Part shown: positions 9,108 through 18,864 of the stretch, one piece after another | Layout of the letters: the number at the start of each line of letters is the position of its first letter | Position numbering within the stretch: position 1 is the stretch's first letter | NCBI GenBank assembly: GCA_016192455.1 | Contig: JACPUC010000028.1 | Coordinates: forward strand, 1-64,000 | Source: Candidatus Tectimicrobiota bacterium | Lineage (GTDB): Bacteria; JACPUC01 | Direction: 5' to 3' | DNA: 64,000 nt | Notes under the pieces: model-generated | Seen by the model: only the letters and a program-made list of their open reading frames with translations | What the model was told of the DNA's origin: nothing | Databases searched by the model: none | Program-made: the position numbers and the translations under genes

Positions 9108-10553
9108 ATGGGCAAAGACTTGCGCAGTTTCCTCGCCATGTTGGAGCAGCGCAATAGGGGGGAGCTGCTGCGGATTACTCGGCAGGTCGATCCGGTCTAT
9201 GAGGTCTCGGTTATCCAGCAGAAACTCGCGGCGGCGGGACGGTATCCAGTGCTCTACTTCGAGGACGTGCGCGGCTCATCTCTGCCCTTGGTCACCAACC
9301 TCTTCGGCACGTACGACCTGTTGGGCTTGGCGCTCGACGTCGTTGAGCCGAAGAGCAAGGCCGATTATCTGGCTGAGTACCTGCGGCGCGAGAACGACCA
9401 CAAGGCGGTGAGGGAAGTGCCGATCAGGACAGCGCCGGTCAAACAGATTATCCTCACCGGCGACCAGGTGGACCTTTCGACCCTCCCCATCGCCTGGCAT
9501 GCCGAGAAGGACAGCGGGCGCTACATTGTCGTCGGCGGCATGGTCATGCGCGACCCGGAGACCGGCGTGATCAATGTAGGGATGTATCGCCACGAGGTGC
9601 GCGGGAACCGCGCCGTTCTCTGCATGTTCATCCCGGCCCATCATGCCGCGTATATCTATCGCCGCTACAAGGAGCTGAAGCGGCCGATGGAAGCAGCGCT
9701 GTTCATCGGCCATCATCCCGCCGTCTGTCTCGGCATGTGTACGCGCGAGCCCATCGAGGTCGATGAGTACGAGGTGATGGGAGGCTTTCTGGACGAAGCC
9801 CTCGAAGTGGTGCCGGCCGAGACCGTTGATCTGCCGGTGCCGGCCCGCGCCGAGATTGTCCTGGAAGGGACGTTTGACTTCGCCAAGGAGACCCTCGACG
9901 GGCCCTTTGCCGAGTATACCGGGTACTATGGCCACCGGGCGCTGTGCGCCTGGTTTGACGTGCGCTGCATCACCATGCGCCGCGATGCCATCTACCACGA
10001 CCTCGATCCGGCCCATCGCGAACATAACTACGCCGCTACCCTCGGCAACGAGTCAGCCGTCTACAAGGCGGTCAAGAACGTCGTCCCCTCGGTGCGGGCG
10101 GTGCATCGTCCGGCCTCGGGCTGCTGCGTCTACCACGTCTACGTCTCGATCAGCAAACGCCTCCAGGGCGAGGGGAAGATGGCGGGCTTGGCAGCCCTCT
10201 CGGCGGTGCACAACATCAAGCATGTCTTCGTCGTCGATGAGGACGTGGACATCTATAACGAGGAGGAGGTCTTGTGGGCCGTGGCCACACGCTTGGAAGC
10301 CGATCAGGACATCAGCATCATCTCCCACTGTCTGGGGGCCAACCTCGATCCTTCGGCTTACGGTGAGAGGCGTTTCGAGCCTGGCCACATGACGACGAAG
10401 GTGATTTTCGACGCCACGCGGCCCGTCACGCTGCCCTTCTCCGAACGCATCACGCCCCCAAAAGAGGTGTGGGACCGCATCAAGCTGGAAGACTACATCG
10501 ATGGCTGGAGCGCCAGGGAGCGTGCAACCGATCGGCCTTCCCTCGCGGTGTAG
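9108..10553 (+). CDS. UbiD-family (de)carboxylase, paralog 2
   Basis: MGKDLRSFL behind GGAGG; GMYR, DGPFAEYTGYY, VDEDVD...WAVATR, IFDAT. Confidence 0.92.
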   Translation: MGKDLRSFLAMLEQRNRGELLRITRQVDPVYEVSVIQQKLAAAGRYPVLYFEDVRGSSLPLVTNLFGTYDLLGLALDVVEPKSKADYLAEYLRRENDHKAVREVPIRTAPVKQIILTGDQVDLSTLPIAWHAEKDSGRYIVVGGMVMRDPETGVINVGMYRHEVRGNRAVLCMFIPAHHAAYIYRRYKELKRPMEAALFIGHHPAVCLGMCTREPIEVDEYEVMGGFLDEALEVVPAETVDLPVPARAEIVLEGTFDFAKETLDGPFAEYTGYYGHRALCAWFDVRCITMRRDAIYHDLDPAHREHNYAATLGNESAVYKAVKNVVPSVRAVHRPASGCCVYHVYVSISKRLQGEGKMAGLAALSAVHNIKHVFVVDEDVDIYNEEEVLWAVATRLEADQDISIISHCLGANLDPSAYGERRFEPGHMTTKVIFDATRPVTLPFSERITPPKEVWDRIKLEDYIDGWSARERATDRPSLAV

Positions 10554-10624
10554 GGCAGGCCGTACGAGCGCTCGGCCAGCCGTTCGAGAACGGCGCAAGG
10601 CTCCTTGCGAGCGCGCCGCAACGG

Positions 10625-10801
10625 TCATGATTTCCCGCCGGGCGAACCAGGACCGCGTGCCGGCTCATCCGGGCTGCGCCCGGCACGCACCAGCTCCACC
10701 ATCTGACGGCGGAACTCCGGGGGATACGGTCGTCTCGTCTTGAGCATCGTGAACACCTCCTGCTCAAAGGATCGCGTGTCCACGAAACTGGGTCAACTCC
10801 A
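10625..10801 (-). mobile_element. IS3-family left-end remnant with truncated transposase OrfA
   Basis: Minus strand TGGAGTTGACCCAGTTTCGTGGACAC (TG-starting terminal IR), AGGAGG RBS, then MLKTRRPYPPEFRRQMVELVRAGRSPDE, stopping after 40 codons. Confidence 0.8.
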
Positions 10802-10878
10802 TGTCATCCTGCCCATCCGCCTTTAGTGGTGCAACCCTTGCGTTTGCAACACCTTGTTCCCAAGGGTGATTCTCTTGC

Positions 10879-10933
10879 AAGCAAGGAACCGCTGCGGTGG
10901 GGTTGGGGTTAGGCGAAGTGAGGGGGCCGCAAC
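10879..10933. repeat. Dispersed intergenic repeat family B, copy 2
   Basis: AAGCAAGGAACCGCTGCGGTGGGGTTGGGGTT...CCGCAAC. Confidence 0.65.
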
Positions 10934-10935
10934 CC

Positions 10936-11949
10936 TCATGCGGCCGAAGGGCTGGCGGGCTGTCCGAGGACCTCGCGGATTCCCTCCTGCACCAGCACGG
11001 CGATCATGCGCTTGCGATGCTGGGGGGTGTCGTGGGTGGTCTTGGCGGGGTGGGCTTGCTTGGCGGCGGCGGCACCGGCCTCCTGGATGATCTCCTCTGT
11101 AAGTTCGTTGCCTTTGAGGATGGCAATCGCCCGCTCGGCGACCACGGGCTGCGTATGGACGCCGGTGAGCACCACGCGGGCATCGAGGCAGCGGCGGCCG
11201 TCGGCAGCGAGGAGTAACGCCCCTGCCACCGCCGCCAGGGGGAAATCTATCGTCCCCCGCTGCCGGTACTTCTTGTAGAAGACCTTCCAAGGCTGCGTCG
11301 GCTCCGGCACGAAGACCTGCGCAATGATCTCCCCTGGCCGCAGAGTGAAGGGCGTCTTGCCGTCGCCGCTGTAAAGGTCGGTGAGGGGCGCCTGCCGGTC
11401 GCCGCGCGGCCCGGCGATGGTCAGGCGGGCCTGCATGGCGGCGAAGGCGGCCGCCGTGTCGCCCTGGTAGGCGGCCACGCAGAGCTGCCCGCCGCGCGCC
11501 ACGTAGCAAGCGTCCCCGCCCTGCTTGAAGCAGAGGCCGTACGACTCGCGCCAAAACTTCGTCTGGTTGTAGTACCAGCAGCGCGTATCGAGGCAGAGGT
11601 TGCCGCCGACGGTGCCCATGTGCTGGTGCAGGTTGCCGCCGACGACGCTCGCCGCCAGGGCGATGAGGGGGTAGGTGGCGCGTACGACGGGCGATTCGTA
11701 GAGCTGGTGGAGCCGCGTCGCCGGGCCGACGTACAGCCCCTCCCCCTCGACGTGGCGGATACCCTTGAGTTCATCGAGCCGGCGGCTGCTGACGACGAGG
11801 CTGGGGACGATGACCCGCTGCTTCACCGACACCAGAAGATCGGTGCCGCCGCCGAGCAGGAACCCCTTGCCGTCGGCCTCGAGGAGCAAACGGCTGGCTT
11901 CCCGGACATCGGCGGGGGCGACGTACTCGAACTTCGGCATCACCAGCAT
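10936..11949 (-). CDS. hcrB: 4-hydroxybenzoyl-CoA reductase beta-like FAD subunit
   Basis: GGGTDL and TVGGNLC, plus the HcrB-type Cys insertion DTRCWYYNQ...CFKQGGDAC...LCVA ([4Fe-4S]). Confidence 0.8.
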   Translation of the reverse strand: MLVMPKFEYVAPADVREASRLLLEADGKGFLLGGGTDLLVSVKQRVIVPSLVVSSRRLDELKGIRHVEGEGLYVGPATRLHQLYESPVVRATYPLIALAASVVGGNLHQHMGTVGGNLCLDTRCWYYNQTKFWRESYGLCFKQGGDACYVARGGQLCVAAYQGDTAAAFAAMQARLTIAGPRGDRQAPLTDLYSGDGKTPFTLRPGEIIAQVFVPEPTQPWKVFYKKYRQRGTIDFPLAAVAGALLLAADGRRCLDARVVLTGVHTQPVVAERAIAILKGNELTEEIIQEAGAAAAKQAHPAKTTHDTPQHRKRMIAVLVQEGIREVLGQPASPSAA

Positions 11950-11990
11950 ACTGCGGTCTCACTTCCCTCGGGGCCTGCCGGCGCGCGCCC

Positions 11991-14321
11991 TCACGGGCTC
12001 GCGTTGCGCTTTTTCCTGGCGCCGTTGGTTTTCGCGCCGTTCACCCGCTCCTTCCCTTCAAGGGCCCGCAGAATGCGCGCCGGGGTGAGCGGCAGATCGT
12101 TGAACTGCACGCCGATGGCGTCGGCCACCGCGTTCACCGTCGCCGAGATGACCGCCAGGCCGATGGTCTCCGCCGCTTCCTTGGCGCCGAACGGCCCCTC
12201 CGGGTCGATGGACTCGACGAGGATCGACTTCACCGGCGGCATCTCCTGCGTCGTCGGGTACTTGTAATCCAGCAGGGTGGGATTCAGGTTCATGCCGCCG
12301 TCCCAAACCAGCCCCTCGTAGAGCGCCTGGCCGATGCCGAAGGCGAGGAACCCCTCGAGCTGCCCCTCGGCCGCCTTCGGATTCAACGCCCGGCCAAGGT
12401 CGTGCGCCGCGGTGATATCAAGAATCGTCACCTCGCCGGTGTCGCGGTTGACCTCGACCTCGACCGCCACCGCCCCGAAGCTGTAGGCCCCCGTCACCTG
12501 CCCCGTCTGCATCCCCGGCGCGATCCAGTCGCGCTTGAGGTTGAGCTTCGGCATGTAGATGCCGCTGCCGACGATCTCCTTGCCCCGCTGCCAGGCGCGC
12601 CAGATCACCTTCTCGATGGCCACGCTGGTGCCGGGGCTGCCCTGCACGGAGATGACGCCGTTGCGGGCGACGAGGTCCTCGGGGTTGCACTCGAGGTGCT
12701 CGGCCGCCAGCTTGAAGAGCTGCCGCCGGGCGTCGGCCGCGGCCTGGTAGACGCCGTTGACGCTGATGAAGGTGCTCGACATGCTGTAGGAACCGGGGTC
12801 CTGCGGGGTCAGGTCGGTGTCCGACGAGACGAGGCGGATTTTCTCCATCGGCAGGCCGAGCTCTTCGGCAGCCACTTGCACCGCCGCCGTCTCGTTCCCC
12901 TGGCCGGTGTCGTTGATGCCGCTGAAAACCGTGGCGCTGCCGTCCTCGTTGAACTTCACATAGGCCTGCGAGCCCGAGCGGGCGCCCATGTTGAAGCCGT
13001 TGATCATCGACGAGCAGCCGATGCCGACGCCGCGGCTCAGGTGGCGCTGCCGCCCCACCTTGTTTCGGAAGCCGCTCTCCTCCGCCACCCGTTGCAGCGT
13101 CTCCGTCAAGCCGCAGCTCGTGATCTTCGAGCCGCTGGGGAGCACCTCTCCTGCCTGCACGGCGTTGCGCAGGCGGATATCGACGGCGTCGAGGCCCAGG
13201 TCCTGCGCCAGGCGCTCGAGGTTACAGCTATCGGCGAAGTGGAGCTGCTGGCCGCCGTGGCCGCGCATGGCGCCGCAGATGGGGCGGTTGGTGTACACCC
13301 GGTAGCCTTCGTACTTCAGGTTCGGACAGCGGAAGGTCGATTCGATCATCGCCAGCGGCCAGCCGATGGCGATGGGTCCGGTGCTCATGTAGGCGCCGCC
13401 GCCGGCCCACACCTGGAAATGCCGCGCCACCAGGGTGCCGTCCTTCTTCGCGCCGCTCTTCACGGTGATGCGCATCTCGTGCTTCTGGCGCGTGGTCATG
13501 ATCGATTCTTCGCGGCTGAGGCCGATCTTCACCGGACGGTTGCTCTTCATCGACAGCATGGCGGCGATCCAGTCCGCCGGGAAGGTTTCGGAGCGCCCGC
13601 CGAAGGCGCCGCCGGTGTAGATTTTGTGCACGTGCACCTGGTTGAGCTCGAGCCCCAGCGCGTTCGACAGCGCCCGCCGGCGCGCGAACACCGAGGTGTT
13701 GGGCGCCCAGACGTTCAGGCGGCCGTTTTGGTAGTGGCAGAGGACGGCGTACGGCTCCATCTGGCAGTGCGCCAGGGCCGTGGTGGTGAAGGTGTCCTGG
13801 CGCACGTGGTCGGCGCGGCGGAAGCCTGCCTCCACGTCGCCGTACTCGGTGTGCAGCTCGGCGCCGACGTTGTTGGGAAAGGCCTCGTGCAGCGCCGGGG
13901 CGCCCTCCTTCATGGCCTCGTCGATGGTGAAGACCGCCGGCAGCGGTTCGTACTCCACGTCAATGAGATCGAGAGCCTCCTCGGCGGTGTCTTCGTCAAA
14001 CGCCGCCACGCCCACCACCTCCTCGCCGACGTAGCGCACCTTGTCGATGGCGATGAGCGATTGATCGCGGGTGCTGGGAAAGACGCCGAACTTCATGCCG
14101 GCGTACTCGGCGCCGGTGACGCAGACCTTCACCCCCGGCAGCGCCAAGGCGCGCGACACGTCGATGCACACGATGCGGGCATGCGGGTGGGGGCTGCGCA
14201 AAATCCTGCCGAGGAGCATGCCGGGGGGATTGAGGTCGGCGGTGTACTTGCCGGCCCCGGTTACCTTCTCCACGCCGTCATACTTGCGGGCGTTCGTGCC
14301 AACCACCGCGAACTCCGACAT
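11991..14321 (-). CDS. hcrA: 4-hydroxybenzoyl-CoA reductase alpha-like molybdopterin subunit
   Basis: GGAFGGR, GAMRGHG loop, GPFGAKEAAE; lies between hcrC-like and hcrB-like genes. Confidence 0.72.
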   Translation of the reverse strand: MSEFAVVGTNARKYDGVEKVTGAGKYTADLNPPGMLLGRILRSPHPHARIVCIDVSRALALPGVKVCVTGAEYAGMKFGVFPSTRDQSLIAIDKVRYVGEEVVGVAAFDEDTAEEALDLIDVEYEPLPAVFTIDEAMKEGAPALHEAFPNNVGAELHTEYGDVEAGFRRADHVRQDTFTTTALAHCQMEPYAVLCHYQNGRLNVWAPNTSVFARRRALSNALGLELNQVHVHKIYTGGAFGGRSETFPADWIAAMLSMKSNRPVKIGLSREESIMTTRQKHEMRITVKSGAKKDGTLVARHFQVWAGGGAYMSTGPIAIGWPLAMIESTFRCPNLKYEGYRVYTNRPICGAMRGHGGQQLHFADSCNLERLAQDLGLDAVDIRLRNAVQAGEVLPSGSKITSCGLTETLQRVAEESGFRNKVGRQRHLSRGVGIGCSSMINGFNMGARSGSQAYVKFNEDGSATVFSGINDTGQGNETAAVQVAAEELGLPMEKIRLVSSDTDLTPQDPGSYSMSSTFISVNGVYQAAADARRQLFKLAAEHLECNPEDLVARNGVISVQGSPGTSVAIEKVIWRAWQRGKEIVGSGIYMPKLNLKRDWIAPGMQTGQVTGAYSFGAVAVEVEVNRDTGEVTILDITAAHDLGRALNPKAAEGQLEGFLAFGIGQALYEGLVWDGGMNLNPTLLDYKYPTTQEMPPVKSILVESIDPEGPFGAKEAAETIGLAVISATVNAVADAIGVQFNDLPLTPARILRALEGKERVNGAKTNGARKKRNASP

Positions 14322-14415
14322 TCGCGTTCTCCTTCGCCACCGGATGGGGGGCGCCTTGGAGCGGCTTGTGTCGCGACCCCTGCCGCGGCGTCTCGTACAT
14401 CACATCGCCTCTTTC

Positions 14416-14514
14416 TGCGAGGGAGCCGTGCCCTCTCTCGCACCCCCTTCGGCGTAAGGGCGGTTCGCGAACCGCCCCTACAATTGGGGGTGTGGGGGAG
14501 CAAGGGTCCCCCAC
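14416..14514. repeat. Composite repeat element (conserved flanks around a central GTAG REP palindrome at 14454-14481)
   Basis: The 31-nt left flank and 26-nt right flank match 40772-40802 (4 mismatches) and 40834-40859 (3 mismatches). Confidence 0.75.
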
Positions 14515-14568
14515 AAGAAATGTCCTTTGCTCCCTACCTCTTGGTTAGCGAACTCAGGAGACATGCGG

Positions 14569-15066
14569 CTACGGCTGCGCCGCGGCGCGCTCGCGCTGCA
14601 TCTGCGCCGCCAGTATGACGGCATCGAATATCTTCACGTAGCCCGTGCAGCGGCAGAGGTTGCTGCCGAGCGCCCGGCGCACGTCGTCGAGGCTGGGGGT
14701 GGGGTTCTTCTCCAGCAGGGCGACCCCCGACATAATCATTCCCGGCGTGCAGAAGCCGCACTGCGTCGCCCAGGCGCGGATGAAGGCCTCCTGCAGCGGA
14801 TGCAGCACGTCCCCATCGGCCAGGCCCTCGATGGTCGTGATGTCGCGCTCCTGCGCCTCAACGGCCAGAGTCAAGCAGGAGAGCACCGCTTCGCCGTCGA
14901 TGAGCACCGTGCAGCAGCCGCAGTCGCCTTTGTCGCAGCCTTGCTTCGAGCCGGTGAGCAGCAGCTTGTCGCGCAGCACCTCGAGCAACGTCCGCTGCGG
15001 CGGCACAACGACGTCGTAGGCGTCACCGTTGACGCGCAGCGTTATGGCGGTTTTCATCACGGCCAC
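14569..15066 (-). CDS. hcrC: (2Fe-2S)-binding small subunit, HcrC/CoxS-like
   Basis: GCDKGDCGCCTV, QCGFCTPG, NLCRCTGY. Confidence 0.85.
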   Translation of the reverse strand: MAVMKTAITLRVNGDAYDVVVPPQRTLLEVLRDKLLLTGSKQGCDKGDCGCCTVLIDGEAVLSCLTLAVEAQERDITTIEGLADGDVLHPLQEAFIRAWATQCGFCTPGMIMSGVALLEKNPTPSLDDVRRALGSNLCRCTGYVKIFDAVILAAQMQRERAAAQP

Positions 15067-15148
15067 CTTCTCGGATCATTGCCCCGCGGCATGGTCGAGG
15101 GCCAGCCCGGCCAGCCCCAAGGCTTGCCGACCTCGGCTAGCTGGGTAA

Positions 15149-15177
15149 ACGATAACGCTTCTCAACTCGCAAGGCAA
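15149..15177 (-). promoter_or_regulatory. Putative sigma70 promoter of the hcrCAB-like operon
   Basis: Minus strand TTGCCT-17 nt-TATCGT. Confidence 0.4.
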
Positions 15178-15310
15178 GGTTGAATCGCAGCGCGGCCCGA
15201 CACGGGTTTGGTTGGAGAAGAAAGGCAGACAACGAGAGGCGGGGATCTGCCGGCAGCCGAACGAAAGGGGTCGAGCAGCCTACCCGGCATCGCGAAGGAA
15301 CCACGGCCGA

Positions 15311-15436
15311 ACGCAGAGGCACGCGCATGTCGGTGTGCCTCCGCGTCCCTCTGCGGTTCCTTCCCCTACCTTCTCCGTGTTCTCTGCGTCCCCGCGGTGC
15401 AATCTATTTAACCGCGGAGGCGCGGAGAACGCAGAG
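15311..15436. repeat. CGCAGAG-periodic inverted repeat cluster
   Basis: CTCCGTGTTCTCTGCGTCCCCGCGGT (15373-15398) is an imperfect inverse of ACCGCGGAGGCGCGGAGAACGCAGAG (15411-15436); more units lie at 15311-15357. Confidence 0.6.
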
Positions 15437-15548
15437 GTGAAGGACACCGGCCGCACGACCGTCAGCCTCGCCATCACATAAAATCAACCACGTAGACGCT
15501 TATTTTCGAGGCAGCCTCGAGATCAGGGCGGGAATTTCTCGACCAGCT

Positions 15549-16715
15549 CTACAGATCATCCTGCTCCAGGAGGACGAGATCATCCCGGTGGATGACCTCA
15601 TCGTATTCCTTGGAGCCGAGGATTTCGGCGATCTTCGAGGTGTGCAGGCCGCGGATGCGGCGCAGCGCCTGGGCGTCGTAGTTTACGAGACCGCGGGCGA
15701 ACGCCTGCTTGTTCTTGTCGCAGCAAAGGACCGCATCGGCGAAGTGGAAGTTGCCCGTCACCTCGAGCACCCCGGAGGGGAGAAGACTGCGGCCCTGTTC
15801 GATCAGCGCCCGTTTGGCGCCGTCATCCACCTGCACCATTCCCTGGGGTTTCAGGGTATGGAGAATCCACCACTTGCGCCCCTTGAGGACGCGCGCCTGC
15901 GGCTCGAAGGTGGTGCCGACGGGCTCGCCGGCCAAGGCCCGGCGGACATTGGTGGGCGGCCGGCCATTGATCACCATGCAGCGAATCCCCGCCCTGGTGG
16001 CTCGTTTGGCGGCCTCGAGCTTGGCCCGCATGCCGCCGCGGCCGACGGCGTTCGCGCGCACGCTGGCGCTCTCCAGCATCTGGGGGGTGATGCTCCGCAC
16101 CCGGCTGATGAGCCGGGCGTCGGCGTTGGCGCGCGGATCGGCGCTGTAGAGTCCCTCCACGTCGGAGAGCATGAGGAGGAGATCGGCATCGAGGAGGCTC
16201 GCCACCAGGGCGGAGAGCGTGTCGTTATCGCCGAACTTGATCTCTTCGACGGAGACCGTGTCGTTCTCATTGATGATGGGGACGGCGCCGTAGGCGAGGA
16301 GCGTCTGCAGGGTGTTGCGGGCGTTCAGGTAGCGTTGACGGTCGCTGAAGTCGTCGTGGGTGAGGAGGAGCTGCGCCACCGTCAACCCGTGGCGCGTGAA
16401 GCAGCGCGCGTAGAGGCCGATGAGGCTGCTCTGCCCAACGGCTGCCGCCGCCTGCATCTCGGGGATGCTGCGGGCGCCCTCCGGCAGCCCGAGCGCGCCA
16501 CGGCCCGCTGCAATGGCGCCGGAGGAGACGAGCACCACTTCGTAGCCGGCCTGGCGCGCCGCCGCCACCTGGCCGGCCAGGCCGCGCAGGAACGGCACGT
16601 CGAGCTTGCCCTTGCCGCCGGTGAGGACGGCGCTGCCGACCTTCAGGACGAGGCGCTTCGCGCCTGCCTTGGAACCATGCGGAAGCTGCTGCGACCCGCG
16701 GTCTGGACGGCTCAC
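15549..16715 (-). CDS. proB: Glutamate 5-kinase with PUA domain
   Basis: [29 protein letters not shown]; follows obgE. Confidence 0.96.
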   Translation of the reverse strand: MSRPDRGSQQLPHGSKAGAKRLVLKVGSAVLTGGKGKLDVPFLRGLAGQVAAARQAGYEVVLVSSGAIAAGRGALGLPEGARSIPEMQAAAAVGQSSLIGLYARCFTRHGLTVAQLLLTHDDFSDRQRYLNARNTLQTLLAYGAVPIINENDTVSVEEIKFGDNDTLSALVASLLDADLLLMLSDVEGLYSADPRANADARLISRVRSITPQMLESASVRANAVGRGGMRAKLEAAKRATRAGIRCMVINGRPPTNVRRALAGEPVGTTFEPQARVLKGRKWWILHTLKPQGMVQVDDGAKRALIEQGRSLLPSGVLEVTGNFHFADAVLCCDKNKQAFARGLVNYDAQALRRIRGLHTSKIAEILGSKEYDEVIHRDDLVLLEQDDL

Positions 16716-17764
16716 CTGAACTCAGCATCCTCCTCATCAGCCGACGGCTCGGCTGCCATCGACGACGTCTGGGAAAGCCCCGCCTCGAGGCGCTGGAGGA
16801 GCTCCGGGAGACCCTCGCCGCTGTGCGCCGAGATGCCGACCACCTCAATGCCGGCGGCGGCGAAGTCCCGCTCGACCGCGGCGCAAGGCCCCGTCGAGGC
16901 AAGGGCATCGAGCTTCGTCAGGGCGACGAGCTGGGGCTTTGCGGCGAGCTGCGCGGAATAGGAACGCAGCTCCTCCTGGATGCGCTGGTAGCGCTCCCAG
17001 GGCGTGCCCTCCTCAGGCGGCGCCGAGAGGTCCACGAGGTGCAGCAGCAGGCGTGTCCGCTCGGCGTGGCGCAGGAACTGCAAGCCGAGCCCCCTGCCCA
17101 TGTGCGCCCCCTCGATGAGCCCCGGCAGATCGGCCATCACGCAGCTCCGCTCCTCCGACAGCCGCACCACACCTAGCTGCGGCTCCAGGGTCGTGAAGGG
17201 GTAGGAGGCGACTTTGGGACGCGCCGCCGACAGGCGGCCGAGCAGCGTTGATTTGCCCGCATTCGGCAGGCCGATAAGCCCGACCTCGGCGATCAGCTTC
17301 AGCTCCAGAAGCAGCCAGCGCTCCTCACCGCCGGCGCCCTCCTCGGCCTGGCGCGGGGCTCGATTCGTACTCGACTTGAAGCGCGCGTTGCCCCGCCCGC
17401 CGCGCCCGCCACGGGCGACGATCACCCGGCTCGCCGCCTCGGTGAGGTCCACCACCAGCGCGCCGCTTTCCGCTTCACGGACCATGGTGCCGCACGGCAC
17501 GCCGATGACGCAGTCGTCGCCGCTGCGACCGTGCCGGTCACTCCCCTCCCCATGCGCGCCACGTCGGGCGCGAAACTGGCTGCGGTACTGAAAATCCAGG
17601 AGGGTATGAAGACTTGGGGAAGCTACGACGACGACATCGCCACCATCGCCGCCGTCACCGCCGTTGGGGCCGCCTCGGGGGACAAACTTCTCGCGCCGAA
17701 AGCTGACGCAGCCATTGCCCCCCTTGCCGCCCTGCACGAAGACCTTCGCCACATCGACGAACAT
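16712..17764 (-). CDS. obgE: GTPase ObgE/CgtA
   Basis: [37 protein letters not shown]. Confidence 0.97.
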   Translation of the reverse strand: MFVDVAKVFVQGGKGGNGCVSFRREKFVPRGGPNGGDGGDGGDVVVVASPSLHTLLDFQYRSQFRARRGAHGEGSDRHGRSGDDCVIGVPCGTMVREAESGALVVDLTEAASRVIVARGGRGGRGNARFKSSTNRAPRQAEEGAGGEERWLLLELKLIAEVGLIGLPNAGKSTLLGRLSAARPKVASYPFTTLEPQLGVVRLSEERSCVMADLPGLIEGAHMGRGLGLQFLRHAERTRLLLHLVDLSAPPEEGTPWERYQRIQEELRSYSAQLAAKPQLVALTKLDALASTGPCAAVERDFAAAGIEVVGISAHSGEGLPELLQRLEAGLSQTSSMAAEPSADEEDAEFR

Positions 17765-18036
17765 TAAGGAGCCGCCGCTGCCTCGACGGGAAGGACGTTG
17801 ATGAAGCGGCGTTTGCTGTCCCGCGTATCGAACCGCACGACGCCGTCCACCTTGGCGTAAAGGGTGTAATCACGTCCCTGGCCGACGTTCCGGCCTGGCT
17901 TGAAGGTCGTGCCTCGTTGCCGCACCAGGATGCTTCCCGCCAGCACGCTCTGACCGGCGAACCGTTTCACCCCCAAGCGCTTGCCGATGCTATCCCGGCC
18001 ATTGGAAGAGCTGCCGCCAGCTTTCTTGTGCGCCAT
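17764..18036 (-). CDS. rpmA: 50S ribosomal protein L27
   Basis: [16 protein letters not shown]. Confidence 0.98.
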   Translation of the reverse strand: MAHKKAGGSSSNGRDSIGKRLGVKRFAGQSVLAGSILVRQRGTTFKPGRNVGQGRDYTLYAKVDGVVRFDTRDSKRRFINVLPVEAAAAP

Positions 18037-18100
18037 ACCTCACCTTCATGCGGCACGCGCCGCAAGACGCAGCGCGGAGCACGCGCCTGACCCTTCGCAC

Positions 18101-18430
18101 CTACGCCTGCGCAACCGGCGCCTGTTTTATCTCCACCACCTTGAGCACCGTCTGCTGCTGCCGATGCCCTTGCATGCGCCGGTACTTCTTCCGCCGCTTG
18201 TACTTGAAGACCTTGATCTTACGGGCCTTCGCCTGTTCCACGATGTCGGCCGCGACGCTGGCGCCGGCAACCAGGGGCCTGCCGACCGTGACGCTGTCAT
18301 CGCTGCCGACCACCAGCACCTCCGACAGCTCCACCCGTTCGCCTGCTTCCCCGGCAAGCTTCTCAACTCTCACCACATCTCCCGGCGCTACCTTGTATTG
18401 TTTGCCGCCGGTTTGTACGATGGCGAACAT
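18101..18430 (-). CDS. rplU: 50S ribosomal protein L21
   Basis: MFAIVQTGGKQYKV...GHRQ. Confidence 0.98.
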   Translation of the reverse strand: MFAIVQTGGKQYKVAPGDVVRVEKLAGEAGERVELSEVLVVGSDDSVTVGRPLVAGASVAADIVEQAKARKIKVFKYKRRKKYRRMQGHRQQQTVLKVVEIKQAPVAQA

Positions 18431-18560
18431 CGGCTCGCGACTCCTTCATCACTTCGGCACACCATGCAAGCCGGTCGGCATGCTGGCGGCAGCATGAACC
18501 TTGTCCAACCTTCCGACGCCTCGCTAGGGAACAGGGATACGCGGAGGCTACAACAGAGCT

Positions 18561-18589
18561 ATACTAGGATAGTCCAGCAGGAGACGCAA
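18561..18589 (-). promoter_or_regulatory. Putative sigma70 promoter of rplU-rpmA-obgE-proB
   Basis: Minus strand TTGCGT-17 nt-TAGTAT. Confidence 0.45.
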
Positions 18590-18864
18590 GCCGCAAGATT
18601 CCTTGCTCGGTCCCAGGCACAGCAGAACTAATCTATCCGGTGACTGCCGCAAAGTCAAGAAGATACGACAGCGGCTCTGCCACCCACGCAACACCAGCGT
18701 CCTGCTCGGCCGCCGTGCCCCGATGAGGCGCGATGAAACGGATGATGCGCGCCGGCCCCGGACGGCGCAAGGAGGCAGGCTGGAGCGCGGCTGCCGGGCA
18801 GCCATACCGGCAACGACATCCCAGCTCCCACTCGTGCTGGAGACGACAGGAGACAAATCCCGCC

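Noticed and set aside
12402-14618. Long antisense or alternate-frame ORFs (e.g. 12402..14618 +, 27338..29224 -, 33241..35007 -, 61807..63303 +)
   Set aside because: Shadow ORFs of real genes, typical of high-GC DNA; no recognisable motifs
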